From a virus (lineage: Duplodnaviria > Caudoviricetes), in IMG/VR virus record IMGVR_UViG_3300024309_000080, positions 1 to 46,312 of that record: a stretch of 46,312 bases of DNA. One strand, given 5' to 3'. The first letter of the stretch is position 1. Each line of letters begins with the position of its first letter. Below are positions 8,834 to 18,554 of the stretch, piece by piece. The translations under genes and the position numbers were made by a program. A model generated the notes under the pieces. It saw only the letters and a program-made list of their open reading frames with translations, did not search any database and was not told the DNA's origin.

Positions 8834-11181
8834 TCCGCTGCGCTCCCCAAGGTGCAGGCTTCGATTTCCTTGCCGGCGGCGATCTCTTCCTCGGCCTCGC
8901 GCATGATGTCGTCGAGGCTGCGCTCGCCCCTGCCATCGCCGATATCAACGAGGATCGGCGTGACATGCGGCTTCGGCGAGGAATCATCCGAGATCGGCCC
9001 GAGCTGGCGCTCTTCATTGTCGGCGATCAGACGCTCGGCGTCCATGATCGTTGCCTCGACCGTCTCGGGCGCGGCCTCGATCTCGTCTATCCGCTCCGGC
9101 GTCAGACGTTCGTCGACGACGCGGTAGAGGTCGTTCCGTCCGACCCGCTCCAGCGAGCCCTTGAGGATATCCGGAGCGGAAAGCGGGTCCCCAATCAGGC
9201 GCGGCCCGGCGTCGTTCTTCCGTGCTTCATCCGCGAAGTCGCGGAGGAACGCGGCGAGGCGAGCGCGGCCCACAGGGCGTTTCATCTCGGCATCGGAGAA
9301 CATCGCGCGCGCCATGATCTTCGCCATCTCACCCGGGCCGCCGAACATTTCTGCCTGGTTGACCAGATCGGAAACGGCGCGGCCTTCGTCGCGGGCACGC
9401 ATGACGAGCTGCACCGCCTTGACCAGATCATCGGTGATGTCCATGCCAGCCGGGATTTCGCCGCGCGCTACGGCATCGCGCATCCTCGCCCACGGCCCGG
9501 CGCTGTCGGAAAGGGCCCCGCCGATTGCCTTGATGTTGTTATCGCTGTCTTCGAGCGCGCGGCCGAGAAGGGCGGGCTCCCCATAAGCACGCCCCATCAA
9601 TGCCGCCGTGATCCGGCGATTGCCCTCCTGCGAGAGGATGCCGTTGCGGTCGATGAGGTTGCCCTGCTCGGCGCGTGGGAGGCGAGCCATGAATCCGCGA
9701 GTGAATGACGCGTTGCCCGCAGCACCGATATCACCATCGGCGAGACTGTCGAGCATGGCGGTGTCGATCATGCGGGCGTCGGCGAGCGCTTGCTCGGCAG
9801 CCCCGAGGCGCATGGCCGTCGAGCGGTTCGCCGCCGTCACGAACCCGACGCGGTCTTCAAGGTCCGTGACGCGTCGAGCGATCAGCACCGGGTTGTTGAT
9901 GCCGTCGAGGTCGAAATTCTGCGCGCGGAGGAAGTTGCGATAGCTTTCCGCCGGCGCGCCGCCGTTCTGGTAGGCCCGGCGCAGCGCGAGAACGCGACCA
10001 TTCCCGGACTCGACAAGCCCGTCGAGACCGACAACGGGGGCGCCGGTCCCGGCATCCGTGGAGAAGCCAAGGCGCTCCGGCTGGAGATTGGCCGCGATAC
10101 CGGCAATCTGGTCCTGCGACATGGCGCGGGACCGATCCCGCGGCTGAAGCTCCTGCGGGAAATCGGGGTTGATGGAAAGATCATCGCGGTTCGACGTGAT
10201 CAGGCTGTCTGCATCGACGACTTCATACCGGACTCCGACGCTATTGCCGTCAGCATCGTAGATCCGCCCGGGGCGCGCATTCGACTGGAGGAAGGCCTCG
10301 GGCGGGAGCTCCACCGGGCGGCTGCGGGTGATGTCATCCACGGCCTTCTCGAGCGCTGCGCGGTGCGCGTTCTCGCCGGCCATTGACCGCTGGAATCTGC
10401 TTTCGGGGATAGCAGCCTCGCGCGCGAGGACGTTGCCCGCGTCCTTGATGTGGCGCGGCCATTCGCCGGTCTTCGCCCGATGCCACAAGCTGGCGAGACC
10501 CTTCAGGCCACCGCCGAGGATGGCGCCGCCGGCGGCGGCCGCCGCGACTTCCCCCAATGCATCGTCCGCACCGAAGGACGGATCGATCCGCTGCTTCCGC
10601 TCCAGCGTCGCGCCTTGGATGACAGCCTCGGACAGTCCGCCGACCGCCGCCTCGGTAAGTGCGGTTCTGATCACGCCGGCGGACGCCGATGCGCCAAAAC
10701 CCATGCTCAACAGGTTCAGCGGATCGGTGATAGCGCCTGCGATGCTGCCGACCACGCCGCCGACTGTCGAGCCGAGCCCGGTGGAGCGGCGGGCGAGCGC
10801 TTCCGCGCCGGCGCGGGCCTCGCGCGCCTCTCCCTCGGAGGCCTTGACGAAATCCTCCTCTGTCGGAAAGACGAGATCGCTCCCGGGGTTCTCGGATTTC
10901 CACTGGTCGAACTGCTTTCGCGCGACGTCCATTGCGTTCGCGTTCATGCTGTCGATCCAGCCGGGGAGGCGCTGGCCGCTTTCCTTGTAGAACCGAACCT
11001 GAAAATCGTTCTGCACGGCGAGGGCGTTGCGATGGCTGGCGTTGGAATTGGAGAAGTTGACCATCGCATTGAAGTCGGAGGCGAGCCGCGCACCGAACCC
11101 CGGGTCAACGCCTTCAAAGGGCCGGCGCGCCGCTGCCTGCAACGCGCCCGCCATTTCCCTGTCATCGACGATGAACGCCAT
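8830..11181 (-). CDS. internal virion protein with DdrB-like ParB-superfamily domain
   Basis: YEVVDADSLITS, ELQPRDR, GAPVV and VESGNGRVLALRRAY motifs; glycine-rich hydrophobic segments near the N-terminus. Confidence 0.75.
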   Translation of the reverse strand: MAFIVDDREMAGALQAAARRPFEGVDPGFGARLASDFNAMVNFSNSNASHRNALAVQNDFQVRFYKESGQRLPGWIDSMNANAMDVARKQFDQWKSENPGSDLVFPTEEDFVKASEGEAREARAGAEALARRSTGLGSTVGGVVGSIAGAITDPLNLLSMGFGASASAGVIRTALTEAAVGGLSEAVIQGATLERKQRIDPSFGADDALGEVAAAAAGGAILGGGLKGLASLWHRAKTGEWPRHIKDAGNVLAREAAIPESRFQRSMAGENAHRAALEKAVDDITRSRPVELPPEAFLQSNARPGRIYDADGNSVGVRYEVVDADSLITSNRDDLSINPDFPQELQPRDRSRAMSQDQIAGIAANLQPERLGFSTDAGTGAPVVGLDGLVESGNGRVLALRRAYQNGGAPAESYRNFLRAQNFDLDGINNPVLIARRVTDLEDRVGFVTAANRSTAMRLGAAEQALADARMIDTAMLDSLADGDIGAAGNASFTRGFMARLPRAEQGNLIDRNGILSQEGNRRITAALMGRAYGEPALLGRALEDSDNNIKAIGGALSDSAGPWARMRDAVARGEIPAGMDITDDLVKAVQLVMRARDEGRAVSDLVNQAEMFGGPGEMAKIMARAMFSDAEMKRPVGRARLAAFLRDFADEARKNDAGPRLIGDPLSAPDILKGSLERVGRNDLYRVVDERLTPERIDEIEAAPETVEATIMDAERLIADNEERQLGPISDDSSPKPHVTPILVDIGDGRGERSLDDIMREAEEEIAAGKEIEACTLGSAAE

Positions 11182-14100
11182 TACCGCCCCCTGAGATCGA
11201 GCACGAAGACGGAATTCAGATCGACGCCGCCGCCGGGATGTGGCGCCGAGCGCATCGCATAGGTCGGATAGTCGTCGTTGCCGAACTCAAGAACATAGCG
11301 TCCGTCGGCAACAGCCCGCAGACGGCCCTCGTTGCGGAGGTCTGAGGCGCTGACCGGCTGGCCGGTGGACGTCACCGCACCGGCGAGCGCCGATGACGGG
11401 AGCCCGGCGATCATCGTATCGAAATCGCTCTGGCTCATTCCATAGCGCGGCGAGATTACGGCCTTGCCGTTCATTTCGACGAGACCGCCAGTCACTTCGT
11501 TGATCGCCGTCTCCATCCGGGTTTCGTCGAGATCGCCGGAACTGTCCCCCGCCTGGTGCGAGAGATCGGCATAGCGAGCCGTCGCGGCCTCAAGCACGGA
11601 CTGGCGGGCACCTTCGAGCGTCGGACCAAACGCCTGAATGGGCAGCAGCTCGTTGACGGCCGCCTTGTTGTCGTCGGTCTTGCGCGGTGCCAGCAATGCA
11701 TTCTCCTTCATGAGCGCCTGCCCGCGAAGGATGCCCTCGGCGACCTCTGGATTCTGCGATACGAGTGCGCCGGCCGCAGCCATGACTTTGCCGTCTCCCT
11801 TCGCCGCAAGGGCGTTCAGCGTCGCGCGATAGGTCTCCGGCCGCATATTGGACGCCATCGACCCGAGCAGGTTTACCGCATCTGCTGGCGTCGAGGTGGA
11901 AAGCGCGCGGGAGACCTGCTCTTGCATCGCCGGGCGAAGCGCGGAAACGTTCCCCACGAGCCCACGCGCCTGGAGTATATCAACGCCCCGCTGAAGGCTC
12001 TGGAACGTCTGCCCCCAAGTATCGGGCTGCTTGAGATCCAACGGCGGGACGGGCGTGATCATCCGCTGGTTCATCGCATAACCGATGGGATCATTCTTCA
12101 GCGCGGTCGCGCGAGCCTCCGAGGCCGCCTCCATGCCGGCAACGATCTGCTGCTGCGCGATGGTCGCGCCGTCTCCGGCATCGGAGCGTAGCGTGGAGAT
12201 CAGGCTTTCTACCTGCGCTGGCGCCATGCCCTGCATGGATGCGGTCGCCGACTGCATCGAGAGATAATCGGCCACCTCTTTCCGAAGGTCCTGATCATCG
12301 ACGATCGAAAGCTGACGCGTCAGGAGGTTGAGGTCGGTAATCGCCGGCGTCATCCCCTTGTCATACCCGGCCTTGATGTCGGTGAAGAGCGCCTTTGCAT
12401 CTGCAGTCGCCTCTTTCCGGTACTCAGCGATGATGTCGGGACTGATCGTGGGCCCGCCACGCGTCGAGGAATCCTCGATATGCCAATTCTCGTTCCTCAG
12501 CGGGAACTTGAGCCCATAGGTCCCGGCGTTGTCGTGCAGCCATTTGACCACCTCGACCGGCGCATCCTTGAGAGACGAGCCGTTATATGAAAGGTCGGCG
12601 GCCGTGCCGTGATTGTGGTTCGATTTTCCCGGAGGGGCGACCCACTTGCGCGCCGCTGCCTCGGAACCGTAACGCTTCACTGCGTCGGCATAAAGCTCGG
12701 CCTGGCGCTCATTGCTACGCGCGCCCGAATAGATGCCGAGCTTATCCCGGATCTCCGGCGGTGCAGCCTGAAGCAGGCGCGACAGCTTCACCGCGAAGGC
12801 GTCATCGAGATTGGCGATGTGGGAGGAATCCTTATCCGTCCGGCCTTGAAGAAATGTCTTCGATGCGGCTGCCTCTTCGGGCGAGAAGGTGACAGAGCGC
12901 CCCGCGCGGCCGAGCACTTTCTTGTAGTATTCGGCGGATTCCTTCGGGATCGCGCTGTCATCGCGCCCGGCCGCGAGCCATGCATCCGCGCGCGCGGCCC
13001 CGCCGTTGTACGCGATGAGCGCGGCTTCCTTGTCGCCTCCATACCGCGTCATCATCTTGTTGAAGTAGTGTTCGCCGTACCGCATCGAAACTGCGGGGTC
13101 CTTCAGATACGCCTTCTTCTCCGCTTCCGTCCCGTTGATCGGGAAGCCAGCGTCGCCGAGCTCCGCAGCAATCTCAGCGCCAGTACCAGGCATCACCTGC
13201 ATCAGCCCCGATGCGCCCTTGCTGGATTCGGCGTTGGGGTTTCCTTCGCTCTCGGTACCGCGGATCGCGGCAAGAACTTCTGCGCCGCCGTTCGCCTGCG
13301 AGAACGCCGTCTCCGCCATGTTCATCTGCGTCGGATTGTCGGAAAGGCGGATTGCCTGGATGGTGCGGGCCGTGGAGCGAGCCTCGTACAGTTCGAGCGC
13401 TCCAGCCATGTCACCGCCGCGCGCTAGCGTTTGGGCAGTCGTATCGATGTCGTCGCCATCGAGACCGACGCCTTCCTTGAGGCGCTTCTGAATCTCTTTA
13501 GACTGATCTTGCACCGGCTTCAGATCGGCCTTTGTCTGCGCGATGAAGCCGTTGATCCGCTCATTTGCCAAGCTGGCGTACTGTCGCCGCTCCGACGGCT
13601 CCAAAGCAAGGCTATCGTCGGTCAGGATACGCTTTGCCACGTCGCGCGCCGCCGAGATGCCGCCAGTCTCCAGCGACTTCTCGACCGTCCCGAGCATGGC
13701 CTCCGACATGTGGCGGGACTCCATCCGTTTTAGCGCGATATCTGCTTCCTTCTCCCCAACCGTAAAATCGGGGTTCCCGGCGAGTTCGGACCACAGGGTC
13801 TTGAGCTGCGACTGCTTGGACAAGTAGGCAGGCGTGTTCGTCCCGCCGGCGCGTGCCAGCGCGGACATATCATCATCGAGAAGACTGATCTCGGCTTTGA
13901 TGTTGCCCTCGAATTCCTTTAGATCGGCCTTTCGCTTCCGCTCGGATACACCGAGGCGCAACTCCGGCCCGTTGGTGTCGAGCACCGTCTCGACCGCGCC
14001 GCGAAACTCGCGCGGGACCGCCGTCATCGTTTCGTCGCGGAACGCCTTGTAGGAGGAGTCGAAAAGATCGACGTTCCCCTTCGACTCTTCGGCAAGCTCT

Positions 14101-14411
14101 GCGCCGCGCCGGCGGATGTCGCCGGAGAGGCGGGCCATATAGCCTTGCTGCGCCGCGCGATTGTAGGCCCGACCTGTGGCCGAGAAATTCGACTTACGGT
14201 CAACTTGAAGATTGCCGTTCTCGTCGCGATAGACGCCCGCCTGTCCTTCATTCGTCGCGTTCTCGATGGCTTGCTCCTCGACGGCCTTACCCATCGTGCC
14301 AAGAGCGTCGGCGATGATCTGGTACTGGTTCGCGACATCGGCGCCGCTCACGGAAGAGACCGGGCCACGGATCGTTGCGCCGCGGGGCTGGAGGGTCGGC
14401 AGTTTCACCAT
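11181..14411 (-). CDS. internal virion protein with lytic transglycosylase (SLT) and M15-type peptidase domains
   Basis: TESEGNPNAESSKGASGLMQVMP..AYNGG (SLT); SGARS..APPGKSNHNHGTAAD..ENWHIE (M15). Confidence 0.88.
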   Translation of the reverse strand: MVKLPTLQPRGATIRGPVSSVSGADVANQYQIIADALGTMGKAVEEQAIENATNEGQAGVYRDENGNLQVDRKSNFSATGRAYNRAAQQGYMARLSGDIRRRGAELAEESKGNVDLFDSSYKAFRDETMTAVPREFRGAVETVLDTNGPELRLGVSERKRKADLKEFEGNIKAEISLLDDDMSALARAGGTNTPAYLSKQSQLKTLWSELAGNPDFTVGEKEADIALKRMESRHMSEAMLGTVEKSLETGGISAARDVAKRILTDDSLALEPSERRQYASLANERINGFIAQTKADLKPVQDQSKEIQKRLKEGVGLDGDDIDTTAQTLARGGDMAGALELYEARSTARTIQAIRLSDNPTQMNMAETAFSQANGGAEVLAAIRGTESEGNPNAESSKGASGLMQVMPGTGAEIAAELGDAGFPINGTEAEKKAYLKDPAVSMRYGEHYFNKMMTRYGGDKEAALIAYNGGAARADAWLAAGRDDSAIPKESAEYYKKVLGRAGRSVTFSPEEAAASKTFLQGRTDKDSSHIANLDDAFAVKLSRLLQAAPPEIRDKLGIYSGARSNERQAELYADAVKRYGSEAAARKWVAPPGKSNHNHGTAADLSYNGSSLKDAPVEVVKWLHDNAGTYGLKFPLRNENWHIEDSSTRGGPTISPDIIAEYRKEATADAKALFTDIKAGYDKGMTPAITDLNLLTRQLSIVDDQDLRKEVADYLSMQSATASMQGMAPAQVESLISTLRSDAGDGATIAQQQIVAGMEAASEARATALKNDPIGYAMNQRMITPVPPLDLKQPDTWGQTFQSLQRGVDILQARGLVGNVSALRPAMQEQVSRALSTSTPADAVNLLGSMASNMRPETYRATLNALAAKGDGKVMAAAGALVSQNPEVAEGILRGQALMKENALLAPRKTDDNKAAVNELLPIQAFGPTLEGARQSVLEAATARYADLSHQAGDSSGDLDETRMETAINEVTGGLVEMNGKAVISPRYGMSQSDFDTMIAGLPSSALAGAVTSTGQPVSASDLRNEGRLRAVADGRYVLEFGNDDYPTYAMRSAPHPGGGVDLNSVFVLDLRGR

Positions 14412-14414
14412 TGA

Positions 14415-14831
14415 TCAGGCTCCGAAGAAATAGGGCAACGATTTCGCGACACCGCCGAACAAGGCCGTCTTCGCGGCGGACTTGCGGAATTTCGCATCAG
14501 CCTCATCTTGGGTCGCCTGCATCCGCTGGTTCCCGACCTCGATTTTCCGGTCTCGGTCGCTGATCCGCTGCTGGTCCGCCTCGATCGCCATACCCGTCGG
14601 GCTCATGATGCTGGCGCCGGACGATGCGCGGATCGAGCGAATGTTGGCGATGGTCGAATTGAGTTCGTCGCGATAGGACGCATCGATCTGGTCAGCACGC
14701 ACGCGGCCGATCTCGGCGGCGCGCTGCGCCTTCTGCGCCTCCCACTTCTGTCCTTGCGAAGCTCCGGCCGCTCCGACGATGCCAGAAATGCCGGACAGTG
14801 CACCTGCGATTAGGCTGAGACCGCCGTCCAT
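14415..14831 (-). CDS. small internal virion protein (T7 gp14-like position)
   Basis: Gly/Ala-rich hydrophobic N-terminus, Gln/Ala helix; synteny. Confidence 0.65.
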   Translation of the reverse strand: MDGGLSLIAGALSGISGIVGAAGASQGQKWEAQKAQRAAEIGRVRADQIDASYRDELNSTIANIRSIRASSGASIMSPTGMAIEADQQRISDRDRKIEVGNQRMQATQDEADAKFRKSAAKTALFGGVAKSLPYFFGA

Positions 14832-17008
14832 CAGACCGTTATCCTTGTCGTGAGTTCGATGAGTTTGAAGGCACCCGGGAACGTGCTCTTGAACGGCACG
14901 TCCGGATCGTACGACCGCCCGGTTTCCCGATACCGATAGGTGTCGTCACGCGTCGGGACTGGGAGCGACATGTCGTCGCCGCCGCGATAGCTGCCGAACT
15001 GGCGGTTGCCGCACTGGAATTCCTGCGTCTCTCGAACCGTGATCAGCATCTTCTCGATCTTCCGGCGCTGCTCGCCTTGGCCGGCGGCCTGCCCGCCCTC
15101 GAAGTTGCCGAAGAGCGGGTTGAAGCTCCACTCGAAGTCGATGCCGAGCGTGATCCGGTCGTAATCGTCGAATCCGTCGAGGACACCATCGTCTGGTACG
15201 ACGATTTCGCCGAAATAGAAGCCGTCCGCGAAGACCGAGACCGCCTTTCCGGCATGGAACCCGACGATGGTGCCGTCGATCTGGAGCGGCGTTCCATCCT
15301 CAAACGTGATCGCCTCACCGTCGTCGAACTGCAGGAAGTCCGAAGAGGAGTTTGCATCGAACGTCGTGGCGCAGTCGCATAGGAGGTCGTAGTCGAGCTC
15401 TTCGGCGACGCCGTACTCGATACCATCGAAGACATACGCCGACATGAAGACGACCTTGCCGTAATCGCCCGCGACGCTCAGAACGCGGCCGGCGCCGAAA
15501 TGCTTCAGCCAGCCGATATATTCGCGGTCCGGATTGAACTGACCGGTCACATAGGAACCGTCTCCGTTCACGACGTAAATCTGCCGGGACGGGAATTTCG
15601 GCGTCGCCGAGGTCGCGGCAATCGAGCGGACCTCCTCGAAGAGATGGCGATGCAGCCGGTTGATCTCGTTGGCGATGTAGGGGCGCGACGTCTGCCCCGT
15701 CGCCGAAATCACGTAGATCCCCGTCTTCGATTTGTCGACGAAGATCAGCCCCTCGGTTACCTCGATCGGCCGGATATCCGAAAGCTCGCCGGAGTAGATC
15801 GGACGGAACTCGACCGAGCCCGGCTGCAAGGGTGTGCCGACGGACACCGGAATGTAGAAGACGCCGCGGTCCGTCACCGCGAACTCGTCGTATCCGCCGA
15901 CGACATGGAACACCTGGCACTCCGCCGTGATGAATTCCAGCATCGCCTGACTGGCCTCAGCGCCGACGGACCCATCGCGGTTGTTGCCGGTCGCCAACCA
16001 GAAGACCGCGTTTTTCTTCTGGGTGAAGTTAGCCATGATCAGCCGCTCCCGGTCTTTCGACACGGAACGCGGCCAGCCGCGATAGTCGGAAATGAACTGC
16101 TCGTCCCACTGAACGGCGGCTCCGGGACTCGTGCTCGAAACTGCGGAAATCTTCGATGACGCAGTCGGGCCAACCAGCGTTTCGCCGACCTGCGGCGTCG
16201 TAAGTTTGTCTACCGAAACGATGTAGACGATATTGCCGGAGACGTTGAAGACCTCGCCCTTTGCATTGATGGTGTCGGTCTCCACGATCTGGCCGATGGA
16301 AAAGCCGACCGAGCTTGCCACAGTGACGGCAAAGGACGGTGGCAGCTCCTCAATGACGGTGGCAGATGCCGAGGTCGCCGAGTGTACCGCCGTGATCCGC
16401 AGTTGCCGGCCAGCGTAGCGGAAGACCACGCCGACATGCTGGCTATTCAGCACCGGCGCGGAGAAGGTGATCGAGATATTCCCGGTTCGCGCCGACGGCT
16501 TCATCGCGATGTTTTGCGTCGCCTCGAACCTGTAGAACGGCATCCGGATCGAGCCATCAAGGCCGATGGCGAAACTGAAATCGCCAATCGTCCAGGTGTA
16601 GCTACCCTCAAATATCTTGATGACCTTCGTTCGGCCGCTCCATGCGACGAAAATCTCATTGTCCATCGCCTCGAAAACGAGGCTATCGAGATCGTCGACG
16701 GTCCACGGCGCGGACAGCGAGGCAACGAGGGCGCCGCTCGGCGTCCGCACCTTGACGCCAAGATCGACGAAGACAACGGTGTAGGCCGCATCGTCGAACG
16801 GCTTGAAGTCCATGGCGATACCGTAATCCTCGAAGAGGAAGCGGCGACCCGGCCGGCGGACGAGCGCCCCGGTGTGCGAGCTGACGAGATTGCGGGCATG
16901 CCGAACCGCCGTTTTCAGAGCCTCGACGTCATCCCGACGGATCGCGTCAGGATCGACCTCGCCGCTCGAAAAGTCACGCTGTCGGATGATCTGCTCGTTG
17001 AGGCTCAT
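14831..17008 (-). CDS. tail tubular protein B or nozzle
   Basis: QRDFSSGEVDP..RNL..GALVRRPG N-terminus, GWPRSV motif; 725 aa beta-rich. Confidence 0.8.
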   Translation of the reverse strand: MSLNEQIIRQRDFSSGEVDPDAIRRDDVEALKTAVRHARNLVSSHTGALVRRPGRRFLFEDYGIAMDFKPFDDAAYTVVFVDLGVKVRTPSGALVASLSAPWTVDDLDSLVFEAMDNEIFVAWSGRTKVIKIFEGSYTWTIGDFSFAIGLDGSIRMPFYRFEATQNIAMKPSARTGNISITFSAPVLNSQHVGVVFRYAGRQLRITAVHSATSASATVIEELPPSFAVTVASSVGFSIGQIVETDTINAKGEVFNVSGNIVYIVSVDKLTTPQVGETLVGPTASSKISAVSSTSPGAAVQWDEQFISDYRGWPRSVSKDRERLIMANFTQKKNAVFWLATGNNRDGSVGAEASQAMLEFITAECQVFHVVGGYDEFAVTDRGVFYIPVSVGTPLQPGSVEFRPIYSGELSDIRPIEVTEGLIFVDKSKTGIYVISATGQTSRPYIANEINRLHRHLFEEVRSIAATSATPKFPSRQIYVVNGDGSYVTGQFNPDREYIGWLKHFGAGRVLSVAGDYGKVVFMSAYVFDGIEYGVAEELDYDLLCDCATTFDANSSSDFLQFDDGEAITFEDGTPLQIDGTIVGFHAGKAVSVFADGFYFGEIVVPDDGVLDGFDDYDRITLGIDFEWSFNPLFGNFEGGQAAGQGEQRRKIEKMLITVRETQEFQCGNRQFGSYRGGDDMSLPVPTRDDTYRYRETGRSYDPDVPFKSTFPGAFKLIELTTRITV

Positions 17009-17589
17009 ACTCGGCGCCCTCCGCGAGCCGCCGCGATCTTCGACTTGTAGACGTTGCGCGCGGGGTTCTGCTGATCGACATGGGGGCGGGCCTCTTCGAG
17101 CAAAGCTTCGGCGCGCTGCTCACGGCGGGTGGCCTCGGTGAAGTCCTCGTTCAAACCGCGCAAACATCCCGCCTCGACATAGAGGGTGAGGATTTCCTCC
17201 GCCATCGGGTGAAGCTTTTCCTCGGAAACCTGCTTGACCACGTTGGCATAGATGTCGGAATCGTAATGGCAGGACAGGATTTCGCCGATGATCTCGTACT
17301 CAGTGAGGGGCGTGCTATCGAAATACACCTCCTTCACGTGTAGCGTTCCAGTCGGCAGGCGGAAGCCGCTTTCCCTGTAGCGTCTGGACTTGTTTTCGGC
17401 ATCCGGCGCGCGGGTCAGTAGGTCGATCGTCGACGCGAAGGGCCAGGAGTGGCGCGCGGTGAGGGAACGCAATGCCCGCTCGAAAGCGGGATTCGCGATC
17501 AGGTACTCGTCTGACGGATCGTTCAGCACGTTGACCGTGTTGTTGCCCGTCGCCAGCAGCGCGTTATTGATGATCGTGAGCTTGTCCAT
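17005..17589 (-). CDS. tail tubular protein A or head-tail adaptor
   Basis: MDKLTIINNAL..HSWPFA motifs; synteny. Confidence 0.8.
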   Translation of the reverse strand: MDKLTIINNALLATGNNTVNVLNDPSDEYLIANPAFERALRSLTARHSWPFASTIDLLTRAPDAENKSRRYRESGFRLPTGTLHVKEVYFDSTPLTEYEIIGEILSCHYDSDIYANVVKQVSEEKLHPMAEEILTLYVEAGCLRGLNEDFTEATRREQRAEALLEEARPHVDQQNPARNVYKSKIAAARGGRRV

Positions 17590-17621
17590 GCTCGCGAGAA
17601 TGGCGACATCGCCGAAAACCG

Positions 17622-17632
17622 GCAAAGCACAG
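17622..17632 (-). promoter_or_regulatory. phage promoter motif, predicted leaderless transcript
   Basis: TTGCCG-17 nt-CATTCT-7 nt-ATG(17589). Confidence 0.75.
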
Positions 17633-17661
17633 AAAAACCCCGGGGATCACTCCCCGGGGTT
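17633..17661 (-). terminator. intrinsic terminator ending the capsid operon
   Basis: AACCCCGGGGA-gtga-TCCCCGGGGTT perfect stem followed by a T tract on the minus strand. Confidence 0.85.
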
Positions 17662-17694
17662 CCCTTCAGCCAGCCGGTCGCGATGGATGAGCGA

Positions 17695-18036
17695 CTAGCT
17701 CGAAGCCCGCTTCGCCTTTTCCGCGGCGAGGTACGCTTCCTGCGCATCTTCGCCGCTCGAATTGAAGAGTTCCGCGTCTTCCTTGGTCAGCTTGTCCAGA
17801 ACTTCCGTGCCGGCGGCGTCGAGCACCGAATAGCTGCCGCCGCCGCGATGCTTGGCTTCGAATGCCTTCTCCGACTTCGGAGGGTCCGCCGGCTTCGAGG
17901 CCTTCTCCGACTTCGGCCACGGCGAGGTGGCCCATTCGTTCGGGTGCGCCTGGACGGCATGACGGGCGTCGATTGCGTCCATTTCCGCCGACTCGCCGTT
18001 GTTGCGGTAGATCTTCATCTTTGCGGGCATGTCCAT
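17695..18036 (-). CDS. hypothetical protein (head module)
   Basis: 113 aa, GGAG upstream; short internal PKSEKA duplication. Confidence 0.75.
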   Translation of the reverse strand: MDMPAKMKIYRNNGESAEMDAIDARHAVQAHPNEWATSPWPKSEKASKPADPPKSEKAFEAKHRGGGSYSVLDAAGTEVLDKLTKEDAELFNSSGEDAQEAYLAAEKAKRASS

Positions 18037-18070
18037 CGTCTCCAGTGTCGATGAGGCCGGGACGGAGCGC

Positions 18071-18502
18071 TCAGTAGCGCTCCGCGATCCATGCCTTCAG
18101 GGTGATGCTCTCGCTGGTCCCGTCCGTTGCGACGTACAGGCGGATCCAGTCATAGACCGTATCGTGCTGCTCCGTCGTGAACGGAAGCTCGTAGCGGCCG
18201 ATGACAGAGTCTGCGGCGCCGCCGACCCGCACCTCGGTCGCGCCGAGATCGAGTGAAACCAGCGTTTCGACCGCCGAAAAGGCGCTGGACGTCGCCCCCT
18301 GCAGAAGCAGCGTGTAGGTCTCGTCGTTCGCCGAGATCTTGATCGCGGAAACATCGACGATCAGGACCCCCTCGAAACGGCCGGGGCCGACCTGCTTGGA
18401 GGCATTTGCCCCGCCAACCTGCGTGACGCCCGATGCGGTGATCGCTGCGGCGCCATCGGCAAGGATGAGTTCCTTGTCCTGATTGTAAATCCTCTGACCC
18501 AT
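18071..18502 (-). CDS. capsid cement or decoration protein (Bbp16-like position)
   Basis: beta-rich protein directly after the major capsid gene; AGGAG upstream. Confidence 0.6.
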   Translation of the reverse strand: MGQRIYNQDKELILADGAAAITASGVTQVGGANASKQVGPGRFEGVLIVDVSAIKISANDETYTLLLQGATSSAFSAVETLVSLDLGATEVRVGGAADSVIGRYELPFTTEQHDTVYDWIRLYVATDGTSESITLKAWIAERY

Positions 18503-18554
18503 TGGTCCGGTCTCCTGTTGAGAAGTGGCCCGCGCGCGGCGGGCCATTGTTGTG

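Noticed and set aside
6959-9127. Long plus-strand ORFs (also 20622..22466, 22836..24461) and minus-strand ORFs over the right arm
   Set aside because: Antisense shadows of real genes in GC-rich DNA
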